From an uncultured Acidobacteriota bacterium (GTDB lineage Bacteria; Acidobacteriota; Terriglobia; Terriglobales; Acidobacteriaceae), in contig CAWGME010000020.1 in NCBI GenBank assembly GCA_963823595.1, positions 118,184 to 182,183 on the forward strand: 64,000 bases of DNA. Direction: 5' to 3'. The translations under genes and the position numbers were made by a program. Position 1 is the first letter of the stretch. Each line of letters begins with the position of its first letter. The notes beneath the pieces are model-generated. The model was not told the origin of the DNA and ran no database searches. It was given only the letters and a program-made list of their open reading frames with translations. Shown here one piece after another: positions 27,412-36,361 of the stretch.

Positions 27412-28184
27412 CGCCACGGGGAGACAGCGGGGCTGTCACTCCCGATCCCGAGCCGCGACAGATCGCGGTCTACCGAATCTATCTCCAGCTGCAATCGATC
27501 GCAAAACAAAGATATTCCGGCGCTTTGGCCGGGCACCTTCTGCTGTGCCTGGGCTATGGGCAGCGCGGGTCGGAGCTGGCCCTCGCCACCACCATCGCCG
27601 GGGGGGTATTTCTCGGGATCGAGCCTGACCCGCAACGGCTGAAAGCAGCCGTGCGCAGCGGCGCATGCGATTTTATGGTGAACACGCTCGATGAGGCGCT
27701 GCGCGTGATCAAGAACGAACTGCGCAAGCGAACACCGCTATCGGCGGGGCTGCTGGGCAATGCGGCAGAGATGCTGGCCGCGATGGTGGAACGCGGGGTC
27801 CAGCCGGACCTGATCGCGGTTATGTCGGAATTGGAATTGGCGGCGGTTCCCGCGTCTCGGCAGGCACTCGATCAGATTATTGAGCGGGGCACGGAGTTCC
27901 TGCACGAAGGCGGGATGCTGGCGGATAGCGCGGTCGAGGAAGTCGTATGGACGGCGTCCAACCAGCAGGATCTGCGCCGCATGGACAGGATCGCGCTCGA
28001 ATTGCTTCCACCGGACGACCAGATTCGCCGCCGATGGCTGGAGCAGGGACCGGCATATTTCTATCGCCAGCAACCTCTGGAACGAGTGCTTGAACTGAAC
28101 CCGGCCGAGCTTGCTCGCCTTCTCGAACGATTCAAAAGCGCGACTTCATCCGCCGAATTTGACGCACCTGTTGAGATTCGATAG
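27405..28184 (+). CDS. Truncated, divergent urocanate-hydratase (HutU)-like protein, probably non-catalytic
   Basis: 259 aa. LALATTIAGGVFLGIEPDPQRL...LDEALRVIKNE...PLSAGLLGNAAEMLAAMVERGVQPDLI parallels the HutU central NAD-domain segment (as recalled). LPPDDQIRRRWL parallels HutU IPDD..HRWL. The N-terminal and catalytic C-terminal parts are missing. Start overlaps the upstream stop in ATGGTGA. Confidence 0.6.
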   Translation: MVTPRGDSGAVTPDPEPRQIAVYRIYLQLQSIAKQRYSGALAGHLLLCLGYGQRGSELALATTIAGGVFLGIEPDPQRLKAAVRSGACDFMVNTLDEALRVIKNELRKRTPLSAGLLGNAAEMLAAMVERGVQPDLIAVMSELELAAVPASRQALDQIIERGTEFLHEGGMLADSAVEEVVWTASNQQDLRRMDRIALELLPPDDQIRRRWLEQGPAYFYRQQPLERVLELNPAELARLLERFKSATSSAEFDAPVEIR

Positions 28185-28243
28185 CAGGGTCCCCGATCCT
28201 ACCCGGGTTGTTTGCGGTAACGGTGGGAATAGATGCAAACGAA

Positions 28244-28304
28244 CTGTCATCTCGACCGGACCCTGAGCGAAGGCTAGGGAGAGTGGAGAGACCTGCGGTT
28301 TCAG
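28244..28304 (+). repeat. Dispersed intergenic repeat, long form
   Basis: CTGTCATCTCGACCGGACCCTGAGCGAAGGCTAGGGAGAGTGGAGAGACCTGCGGTTTCAG, 60 nt after the stop at 28184. Confidence 0.75.
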
Positions 28305-28327
28305 CCAGTACCCCAGAGCCGGCCAGG

Positions 28328-28930
28328 CTAACCCCGCGTATCTTCGGCGATTTTCTGAATCGTTCCCCAAAGCTCGGGAATACCGCGCGCATCTTTCGCC
28401 GAGCAGACCAGTATGTCCTCAACTTCCAAAGCCTTGCGTAGATTTTTGACGGCTACCACGCGCTGATTGCCGGAAAGCTTGTCCGCCTTGGTGCCGACAA
28501 TGATCCTTATGCGCCCGATACTGTCCAGATATTCGGCGAGCATCACGTCGCCCGGTTGTGGCGGCACGTTCATGTCTACAAGGCAGACACAGGCCGCCAA
28601 ACTTTCGCGGTTGGCAAGATACGGGTCGATGAACGCCGGCCACTCGGCGCTGATGGAGCGGGAGATTTTCGCATATCCATAGCCGGGCAGGTCAGCGAGA
28701 ATCAGTTCGGGCTTGGCCGCCGACTGCACATGCAGAGCAAAGAAATTGATCGCGCGCGTACGGCCCGGTGTCGAAGAAACGCGGGCAGCCGGTTCGCCGA
28801 GCAGCGCGTTGATCAGGCTGGACTTGCCGACGTTGGAGCGGCCGAGGAAGGCAATCTCCGGCACTTGGGATTGCGGAAATTGCGCGGCGCTGGTCGCGGA
28901 AAGCAAAAAAGTCGTGTGATAACGGGGCAT
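28328..28930 (-). CDS. engB: Ribosome-biogenesis GTPase YsxC/YihA (EngB)
   Basis: 200 aa; GRSNVGKSSLINAL (G1), DLPGYG (G3), TKADK (G4). Confidence 0.9.
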   Translation of the reverse strand: MPRYHTTFLLSATSAAQFPQSQVPEIAFLGRSNVGKSSLINALLGEPAARVSSTPGRTRAINFFALHVQSAAKPELILADLPGYGYAKISRSISAEWPAFIDPYLANRESLAACVCLVDMNVPPQPGDVMLAEYLDSIGRIRIIVGTKADKLSGNQRVVAVKNLRKALEVEDILVCSAKDARGIPELWGTIQKIAEDTRG

Positions 28931-29098
28931 ATTGATAGGCCTGTTGTCGCGATTTCAAAGGTTTCTAAGCAAAAAACGCAGATCGTTCCACTATGGTCGA
29001 CAGCGGCGGATTCGGCGAATGACGGATTTCTTTTCCGGGTGCGGACCTTCCATCCATGGGAGAAATCGACGCTCATGAAGGATTACGAACGCATGTCT

Positions 29099-31006
29099 CT
29101 ACTGTACTGGATACAGCAGAGCCGCCGGCACTTCACCACCATATTCGGGCATCACGCAATCGCGTCCCGCCTGCTTGGCCGCGTACAGCGCGCGGTCCGC
29201 AGACTCGACGAGCAGATCGGCGCGGGCATTTTTGGTCGGGACCTGGGCGGCCACTCCGACACTTACCGTAATTATCAGAGATCGGCCTGTGCCCGCATCA
29301 AAGAGGTGCTGCCGGATGTGGATACACATCAAGTCCGCCAGCACGGTTGCCGCGGCCAGATCGGTGTCCGGCAGCAGGATGGCAAATTCCTCTCCCCCGT
29401 AGCGGGCAGCCAGATCGCTGGGGCGGCGCGCCGATCTTCTCAGAATTTCAGCAACAGCCTGCAGACATTGATCCCCGGCGCGATGTCCATAGGTATCGTT
29501 CACGCTTTTGAAATGGTCGATGTCCACCATGAGCAAGGCGACCGGATTGCCGGTGCGCCGTCCTCGCCGCCATTCTTTGTCCAACGCTTCATCGAAACAT
29601 CTGCGGTTCGCGAGCTGAGTCAGGCTGTCCCGCTCCGCCTGCTGCTGGATCTGTTCATGTGCTTCGGCCAGCCTCTTCTCCGATTCCACCCGCTCGGTAA
29701 TATCGCGGACATTGGCAACGAAGGCCGCCGCCTCTCCGGTCGTCTCGTCGGGAAGCGTGCGGATGTTCGCCTCCATCCACAGATAGCGGCCGTTCTTGTG
29801 CCGGGTGCGGTACCGAAACGTGCGGCGGTCCTCACCTCGCAGCATCTCTTTCAGCAGTCGATGAAACGCGCCCAGGTCTTCACGATGCATAAAGTCGGCG
29901 GCGTTCTGACTTAGCCACTCCTCTTCGGTCCAGCCAAGCACGTCCTGAACCGCGGGGGAGACATACAGGCGGCGTCCTTCCAGGTTCACCAGCACCACGA
30001 TGTCCCGTGAATTATCGGCCAGCAATTGATAGCGCTTGATCCCGATCCGCAGATGAGTCCGCAGCTGGCGCTGACGCTCCAGAGTGGCAGCGAATGGAAC
30101 GACCGACACCAGTAGCACCAGAACCGCGGCCTGTAGAAGAAGAACGCTATGTTGCAGCGTCGCGCGTGGGATCCTCCAGAATGGTCCGGCCCCATGCAGC
30201 GTATAGAGCGCGCCGGTAATCAAGACCTCGAACGTCGCCAGTATCGCGCCGAGAATACCCACCTCAAAAACCACCAGCATCAGCAAAGGCAGCCAGAGAA
30301 AACGCAGTGAATAACGGTTCTGTTCGAAAATTCCTAGGGAGACCGTGAGGATAAGCAGCAGAACTCCCGCAGTCCGGAACCAGCGAGCCCGGCTGAATAG
30401 CGTTTTCAGGTCCGGATTGCACATCGCGAGGGTGAAAGGGATCATCACCGCCATGCCCACCGCATGCGGAGGGAACCATCGACCCAGGTTTTGCCAGATT
30501 TTCGAGCCGAACGCGAGATGGTAGTAGAGCGAGGCCAGCAGTTCGGAGATCGCGGGTGCTAAACATACGGCGAACAGCAGGAATTGAGCCATGATGGCCG
30601 GAGATGCCAGGTCTTTCTCCCGATCGATGGCCGACCTCAACAGCGACGCCGCAATCAGCACCTCGAGAACATTGCACAAAGCCACGAAACCGCTGGTTGT
30701 CGGGAAACCCCCGAGGAGCAGGATGGAAATTGCATCCCCAAGCCAACCCGCCAGAAGGAAGCTAGACCAGCAACGCCTCGGGCGACATAACAGGAAAGCG
30801 GTCAGTACACCATCTGCGGGAAAAAATGTGGCAACATGCTGCGTTTCGCGAGACAGCAGGCGTCCGGACGCGCATAGCAGGCCGAAAATTACCCCAACTG
30901 CAATGGCAAAGGCGATCGACCTCGCTGCGCCGAAGCGGCCTTCGTAAACACCGAGAGGCCAGATTGGCTCTACCCCGAGATCCATTTGAGGAAATAGCTG
31001 TTCCAA
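29099..31006 (-). CDS. Sensor diguanylate cyclase (multi-TM MASE1-like N-terminus, PAS, GGDEF)
   Basis: 635 aa; ~8 TM helices, a PAS segment (IVVLVNLEGRRLYVSPAVQDVLGWTEEEW), a GGDEF domain with an RYGGEEF active site and an RxxD-like I-site upstream. Confidence 0.88.
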   Translation of the reverse strand: MEQLFPQMDLGVEPIWPLGVYEGRFGAARSIAFAIAVGVIFGLLCASGRLLSRETQHVATFFPADGVLTAFLLCRPRRCWSSFLLAGWLGDAISILLLGGFPTTSGFVALCNVLEVLIAASLLRSAIDREKDLASPAIMAQFLLFAVCLAPAISELLASLYYHLAFGSKIWQNLGRWFPPHAVGMAVMIPFTLAMCNPDLKTLFSRARWFRTAGVLLLILTVSLGIFEQNRYSLRFLWLPLLMLVVFEVGILGAILATFEVLITGALYTLHGAGPFWRIPRATLQHSVLLLQAAVLVLLVSVVPFAATLERQRQLRTHLRIGIKRYQLLADNSRDIVVLVNLEGRRLYVSPAVQDVLGWTEEEWLSQNAADFMHREDLGAFHRLLKEMLRGEDRRTFRYRTRHKNGRYLWMEANIRTLPDETTGEAAAFVANVRDITERVESEKRLAEAHEQIQQQAERDSLTQLANRRCFDEALDKEWRRGRRTGNPVALLMVDIDHFKSVNDTYGHRAGDQCLQAVAEILRRSARRPSDLAARYGGEEFAILLPDTDLAAATVLADLMCIHIRQHLFDAGTGRSLIITVSVGVAAQVPTKNARADLLVESADRALYAAKQAGRDCVMPEYGGEVPAALLYPVQ

Positions 31007-31231
31007 ACGCCTGCTCCGCTGCCGTTTCTTCTGCTGGTGCCAAGGAACGCGAATGGGGAGAAACTCACGTCCGTAGGCTATCTGAGGTTCGTGTTGTGTT
31101 CTTCGGCAAAAAATCCACGCGCTTCAGTAGAAATCCGTGCGAATCACCGCCGCTGTGAGCCACCGCTGCCTTTAACGGGAATTCATCACAGATTTTTTGG
31201 GCAATGCGCGCTCCAGGCTCAATCCTGGCCT

Positions 31232-32254
31232 TTAGACAGAAGACGAGGTGTGATGCGCATGCAGCTCAGCAACGATCTCCGCCGCCGCCTGACGCGCCAG
31301 ATCGTCCTTCTCTCGCGGGAACGAAATGGCGCCGACACGCGCATGTCCACCGCCGCCATAGCGTTCGCAAACCGTGGCCAGATTCACCATTTGTTCCGCA
31401 GGCACCCTGGTCCATGGATTCGAGCCAACGGCGATCTTTGTGCGAAAGCTCGACCGGCTGACACCGACGCTATACGTCGCTTCAGGATGCAGATAATACG
31501 GGATGAATTTGTTGTAGCCTTCGAGTGGATGGTCCGTGATGTCGAAATAAATCGTTCCCTGTTCGCACGACGACCGCTCGCGTATCAACTCCAAGGCATA
31601 CTGGTGCCGCTCCAGCAATTCTGGCAACCGGTCGCGCACAAAGGGCTGATCGAGAATTTCGGCGAAACTCATCTCGGTCAGCAGCGGAATCAGCCGCGGC
31701 ATAAAGGCTGGTTCGTCGGTCGATTCGATCGCCATGGTCAACTTCATGGCCGGTTCCGCCATTTCCACGGCGCTTTCGGGACTTTCATACAACGCCCCAT
31801 CGACGATGTCGGCCCAGCGAATCAGCTCCGACAGCGGAGCGATGTCGAATCCGAAATGAGTGGACGCGATATGGGCGAGGAAGCTGGTGCAGGAAATGTA
31901 ATCGGGATCGTAGAATTTGCGTTCGCGCGTCTCAGGATCCCGCTGCCCGGCGAGAAAATGGGCGTGGTCCTCCGGCGTTAAAAACGCGCTGAGATGATGG
32001 TCGAACCACCAGGTGATCTTCGGGGAAGACGAATACTTGAAGTCGACGATCGCGTTTTCGTCTCCGGTGAAGTCCTTCTCATCGAACAGCGCGCCGGCGC
32101 GATGGACCAGTCCGCAGAATTTGTACTCTGCGCCGGGGTGGATGCATTCGCGATGGAATCGTGCAAACAACGAGGCCGAACAGGCGCCGTCAAAACATCT
32201 ATCGTGGTAAAACACGCGAACCTTCACTGGTCGGTCGTCACTCCGTCGAAACAT
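31232..32254 (-). CDS. DHH/DHHA1-family phosphoesterase (NrnB/COG2404-like)
   Basis: 340 aa; YHDRCFDGACSA (motif I), IVDF, WWFDHH (DHH), GGGGH (DHHA1). Confidence 0.7.
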   Translation of the reverse strand: MFRRSDDRPVKVRVFYHDRCFDGACSASLFARFHRECIHPGAEYKFCGLVHRAGALFDEKDFTGDENAIVDFKYSSSPKITWWFDHHLSAFLTPEDHAHFLAGQRDPETRERKFYDPDYISCTSFLAHIASTHFGFDIAPLSELIRWADIVDGALYESPESAVEMAEPAMKLTMAIESTDEPAFMPRLIPLLTEMSFAEILDQPFVRDRLPELLERHQYALELIRERSSCEQGTIYFDITDHPLEGYNKFIPYYLHPEATYSVGVSRSSFRTKIAVGSNPWTRVPAEQMVNLATVCERYGGGGHARVGAISFPREKDDLARQAAAEIVAELHAHHTSSSV

Positions 32255-32424
32255 TTTCCTGTTGGGCTGAAACCACTAGGATTGCTGGCCGCAGCCGAAG
32301 TGTCAAGCGCTACCTGCTCTAGCGACCGATTTTGAATATGGATTCGCGCAATTTGCGGTAACTATCGGGAGCAGCTCGCGTACTATGTACCAGGAAAGCC
32401 GAACGCCTGGAGCGAGGAGCTAGA

Positions 32425-33424
32425 ATGGAAATTCCTCCATCCGAAACGCAGCACCATCCAGAGACAAGTCTGTTGAGATCTTTCGACCGGATGCCGCCAC
32501 GTTCCCCGATCTTTTTTGGCCGCGATGGCCTGCGGGCCGGATGGAGCATTCTGCTCTACATCGTCGTGATCGCGGCGCTACTTTCCCTTGCCGGGTTCGA
32601 ACTTCATTGGTTTGCCGTGCATCTGCACCAGACAATGTCCGGCGAGTTCCACCCAACGCTGGCCATCCTCACCGAAGCGACAACCCTGCTGGTCGTTGTA
32701 CTGGCTACAGCCCTCATGGCATGGATCGAGGGGCGCGGGGTCGCTTTTTACGGTCTCATCGGCATCGATCGCGTTCGCCAGTTTTTTATTGGTATCGTCA
32801 GCGGGTTTGTTCTTCTATCTCTGCTGGTGGCCATCCTTGTCGCCACTCATCATCTGGATCTGAGCCGCGAGCATGCGCCGTTGGGCCGGACGATTGGCTA
32901 CGCAGCCGCCTGGGCTCTCTTCTTTTTCCTGGTGGGTATGACCGAAGAGCTGATGCTCCGCGGCTATCTTCTCTTTACCCTGGCTCGCGGGATATGGTTC
33001 TGGCCGGCGGCCATTCGTGCTGGCCGCACTTTATGGGTTTCTCCACACAGGCAATCCCGGAGAAAGCCTGATCGGCCTGGTCGCCGCCGCGCTGGTTGCG
33101 CTGGTGTTTTCGCTCAGTTTATGGCGTCTGGGCCACCTCTGGTGGGCGATCGGCTTTCATGCGGCGTGGGATTGGGCGGAGTCATACTTCTATGGCACTG
33201 CCGACAGCGGCACCGTTTCCTTCGGGCGCCTGATGCACGCGCATCCTTCCGGCGCGCTGCTGCTGAGCGGCGGCGCCACGGGCCCGGAAGGCAGTGCGTG
33301 GATTCTGCTGATCGTCGTACTGGCCGCTTTGTTTGTCTGGAAAACCCAGCCCTATCGCGGCTTGCAACTCCATCAGGGATCAATGGCCGATGCACCTGCT
33401 AGCTCCCAACGGCAGGTTCTTTAG
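32425..33424 (+). pseudogene. CPBP-family intramembrane glutamic endopeptidase (CAAX protease-like), frame broken once
   Basis: ORF 32425..33402 carries motif 1 (MTEELMLRGYL). After ...GIWFWPAAI the sense continues in ORF 33017..33424 (VLAALYGFLHTGN ... FHAAWDW). Junction is about 33005-33020. Confidence 0.8.
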
Positions 33425-33457
33425 GAAAAGAATCAGGTTCGGCCAGCAGCCAAGAAA

Positions 33458-33479
33458 TTGCACCTTGCGCAAGGTGCAT
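33458..33479. other. Perfect palindromic stem-loop ATGCACCTT-GCGC-AAGGTGCAT
   Basis: Lies between the CPBP stop and the ABM gene start. 9-bp arms. Confidence 0.4.
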
Positions 33480-33501
33480 CCAAGGAATCGAGAGGTGAAG
33501 C

Positions 33502-33795
33502 GTGGCCAAACTTGGACTGCTCGTAATTCTGGAAGCAAAACCCGGCAAAGAAGATGAGGTCGACCAGTTCTTGCGCGGCGCGCTGCCTCTAGTGCAGCAG
33601 GAACAGGGCACAGTTTCGTGGTATGCGCTGCGCCTGGCGAACTCCAGGTTTGGAATCTTCGACACCTTCGACAACGAAGAAGGCAGGCAGGCGCATGTTT
33701 CCGGCAAGGTAGCGGAAGCACTTTTTGCCAGGGCCGCGGAGCTGTTTTCTCAATCTCCTACGATTGAGCAAGTGCAGATTCTGGCTGAAAAGTAG
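33502..33795 (+). CDS. ABM-domain (antibiotic biosynthesis monooxygenase/quinol monooxygenase-like) protein
   Basis: 97 aa; ferredoxin-like dimeric alpha-beta barrel pattern (LVILEAKPGKEDEV...FGIFDTFDNEEGRQAH). Confidence 0.7.
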   Translation: MAKLGLLVILEAKPGKEDEVDQFLRGALPLVQQEQGTVSWYALRLANSRFGIFDTFDNEEGRQAHVSGKVAEALFARAAELFSQSPTIEQVQILAEK

Positions 33796-33836
33796 TTTGC
33801 GGCACTGAAACGGTCGGCTGCTAGACTGAAAATCCA

Positions 33837-36282
33837 ATGGCAGCAGCCCACTCGACACTCCCCGGCAGATCGCGATCTCGCCGCGTTACCATTCGATCTG
33901 TCCTTGCCGGCGTGTTCCTGCTATTGCTGGCGATTCTTCTTCTGGGATGGGGTGGGACGTGGTGGCTCAAACATGCCATGCGTGCCTCTCTGCCGCGGCT
34001 GGACGGCCAATTGCACGTTCCGGGAGCTGATGCAGCCCGTTCTGATTCGCCGCGACCGACACGGTGTTCCGCACATTTCCGCTGCCGGCATTGATGATCT
34101 CATCGTGGCCCAGGGTTATGTCACCGCACAAGACAGATTGTGGCAAATGGACATGCTGCGCCGCTATTCCTCCGGAGAACTGGCGGAGATCATGGGATCG
34201 CAAGCACTCGAGCATGATCGCGCGCAGCGGATTTTGCAAATCCGCAATGCCGCCGAAGCGGCGCTGGCTGCGATGCCTGCATTCGATCGCCGATTTCTGG
34301 TCGATTACGCGCGCGGCGTGAACGCATACATTGTCGAGACGCAAGATCATCTTCCGGCTGAGTTCCGCCTGCTGCATTACAGGCCGAAGCCCTGGCAGCC
34401 CCTCGATTCCGTGCTGGCGGCGCTCAACATGGAACAGACTCTCAGCAACGATTTTCCCATCAAGCTATCTCGGGAAAAAATTGCTGCCCGGCTGCAATCG
34501 CCCGCCTTGATCGACGATTTATATCCGGTCGGCTCCTGGCGCGATCATCCGCCGGTTTCCACCGCGCCGGATATCACCGCATCGCCAGCGATTCCACAGG
34601 TTCCGCTCGATTCCTCTCAGGTGAGCGAGAGAAAAAACATGGAGGACATTCTGCGAATCGAGAAACTACTGCCCTCCGCGCAGGCAAAGGATTGCCACGA
34701 CTGCGTGGCCGGCTCGAACAACTGGGTGGTCTCCGGCGCACATAGCGTAACCGGAATGCCGCTGCTGTCGAATGACATGCATCTCGATCACACCATTCCC
34801 GACACCTGGTATGAAGCGCAGCTCACCACGGGTGATTTCAACGTGGCCGGTGTGACCCTCCCTGGCATTCCATTCGTCATCGTCGGCCACAACGCCCGCA
34901 TCGCCTGGGGCTTCACGCTGCTCTATGCGGATGTGCAGGATGTGTATGTCGAGCAGACCCGCGGTGATGAATACAAAACTCCGCAGGAATGGCGTCCTTT
35001 CACACACTCGCGCGAGGTGATTCATGTGCGCGGTGGCGGCGACGTAGTCCTCAACGTGCTGCGCACCGATCACGGCCCGGTCATCACGCCCTTGCTGCCG
35101 CATGAGCAGCGCACGCTTGCACTGCGCTGGACGGTCTACGATCCCGCAACCGTGACGCTGCCGTTTTATCAGATCAACAACGCGCAAAACTGGGATCAGT
35201 TCCGCGCCGCCTTCTCGCTGTTCGGGGGCCCGCCCCAGAACGCGGTGTACGGAGATATCGACGGCAATATCGGATATCAGGCAGTAGGCAAGATTCCGAA
35301 CCGGCCCGGCGGACTGATTTCCGTCCCCGTCACCGATGACCGTCACGAATGGCAGGGATATATCCCGTTCGACAAATTGCCATCGGTTTACAACCCGCCC
35401 AGCGGCATTCTTGCTACGGCAAACTCCCGCGTCACGCCCGACAACGATCCGAACCCGCTCACGCTCGACTGGGCAGCGCCCTACCGCAATGAGCGCATCT
35501 GGAAGGTGCTGGCCAGCAAACCAAAGCTCTCCGCGACCGACATGCTCGCGCTGCAGAATGATGTGTATTCCACGCTCGATCACGAGCTGGCGCAGCGGTT
35601 CGCCTATGCCATCGACCATTCGAACCACCCCGACCATCGCCTGCGGCAGGCGGCGGACCTGATGCGATCCTGGGACGGAAACGTGACGATTGCATCGTCG
35701 GCGGCGACCATCGTCGATGCCGCGCGGGCAGCGCTATGGCCCATGATTCTCCGCTTCCGGCTGGGCGATGAATGGAAACTCTATCACTGGTATGAATCCT
35801 CGTTTGTCGAAGAGCAGATTGTTTCCGGACAGCCTTCGCGCTGGTTGCCGCCAACATATCGCAACTGGAACGATTTTCTTGCCGACGCCGTGGAGCGTGG
35901 AATGACAGCCGCGGGAGTGCCCCATGACCTCCACGACTGGCATTACGGCGATGTCCATCCGGTGGAGGTCGAACATCCGCTGTATGGAATGATTCCGTGG
36001 CTGCGCAGCTGGACGGGTACCGGGGTTCATCCGCAGTCCGGCGACGGATCCACAGTCAAGCAGGTGTCGCGGAGCTTTGGGCCGTCGGAGCGGCTGACGG
36101 TGGACTTCTCAAACCTCGATCATTCAACGTTAAATATTGTCATCGGCCAGTCGGGCGATCCGATGAGTCCGTACTACATGGACCAGTGGCCCTACTGGTA
36201 TGCAGGAACTACCTTCGCATTCCCCTTCAGCGATGCCGCCAGCCAGGCTTCCAGCGTGCACACACTTAAGCTGATGCCGTGA
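33837..36282 (+). pseudogene. Penicillin-acylase family Ntn-hydrolase (possible acyl-homoserine-lactone acylase), frame broken once near the 5-prime end
   Basis: The signal-anchor part is in ORF 33837..34094 (VFLLLLAILLLGW...LPRLDGQLHVPG). The sense then jumps to ORF 33904..36282 (QPVLIRRDRHGVPHISA...QDRLWQMDMLRR...GSNNWVVSG). Junction is about 34020-34030. Confidence 0.85.
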
Positions 36283-36302
36283 CGCTTCCCAATATTGAAA
36301 AA

Positions 36303-36346
36303 CTGTCGTCCCGACCGGCGCGAAGCGGAGTGGAGGGACCTGCGTT
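36303..36346 (+). repeat. Dispersed intergenic repeat, long form
   Basis: CTGTCGTCCCGACCGGCGCGAAGCGGAGTGGAGGGACCTGCGTT, 21 nt after the acylase stop. Confidence 0.75.
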
Positions 36347-36361
36347 CAATTTTTTCGTTCT

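Noticed and set aside
28556-29914. 452-aa plus-strand ORF, with similar long shadow ORFs at 3219..4337, 17692..18591, 20030..20902, 21749..22687, 31037..31981, 34666..35637, 39279..40199, 40562..41434, 48281..49432, 49721..50605 and 52884..54164.
   Set aside because: Each lies opposite a gene with clear family motifs (GGDEF cyclase, GMC, metG, argS, pepA, DHH, acylase, ftsZ, ftsA, murD, mraY, DUF1015/amidase). Each shows the Arg/Ala/Gly/His bias of non-coding frames.
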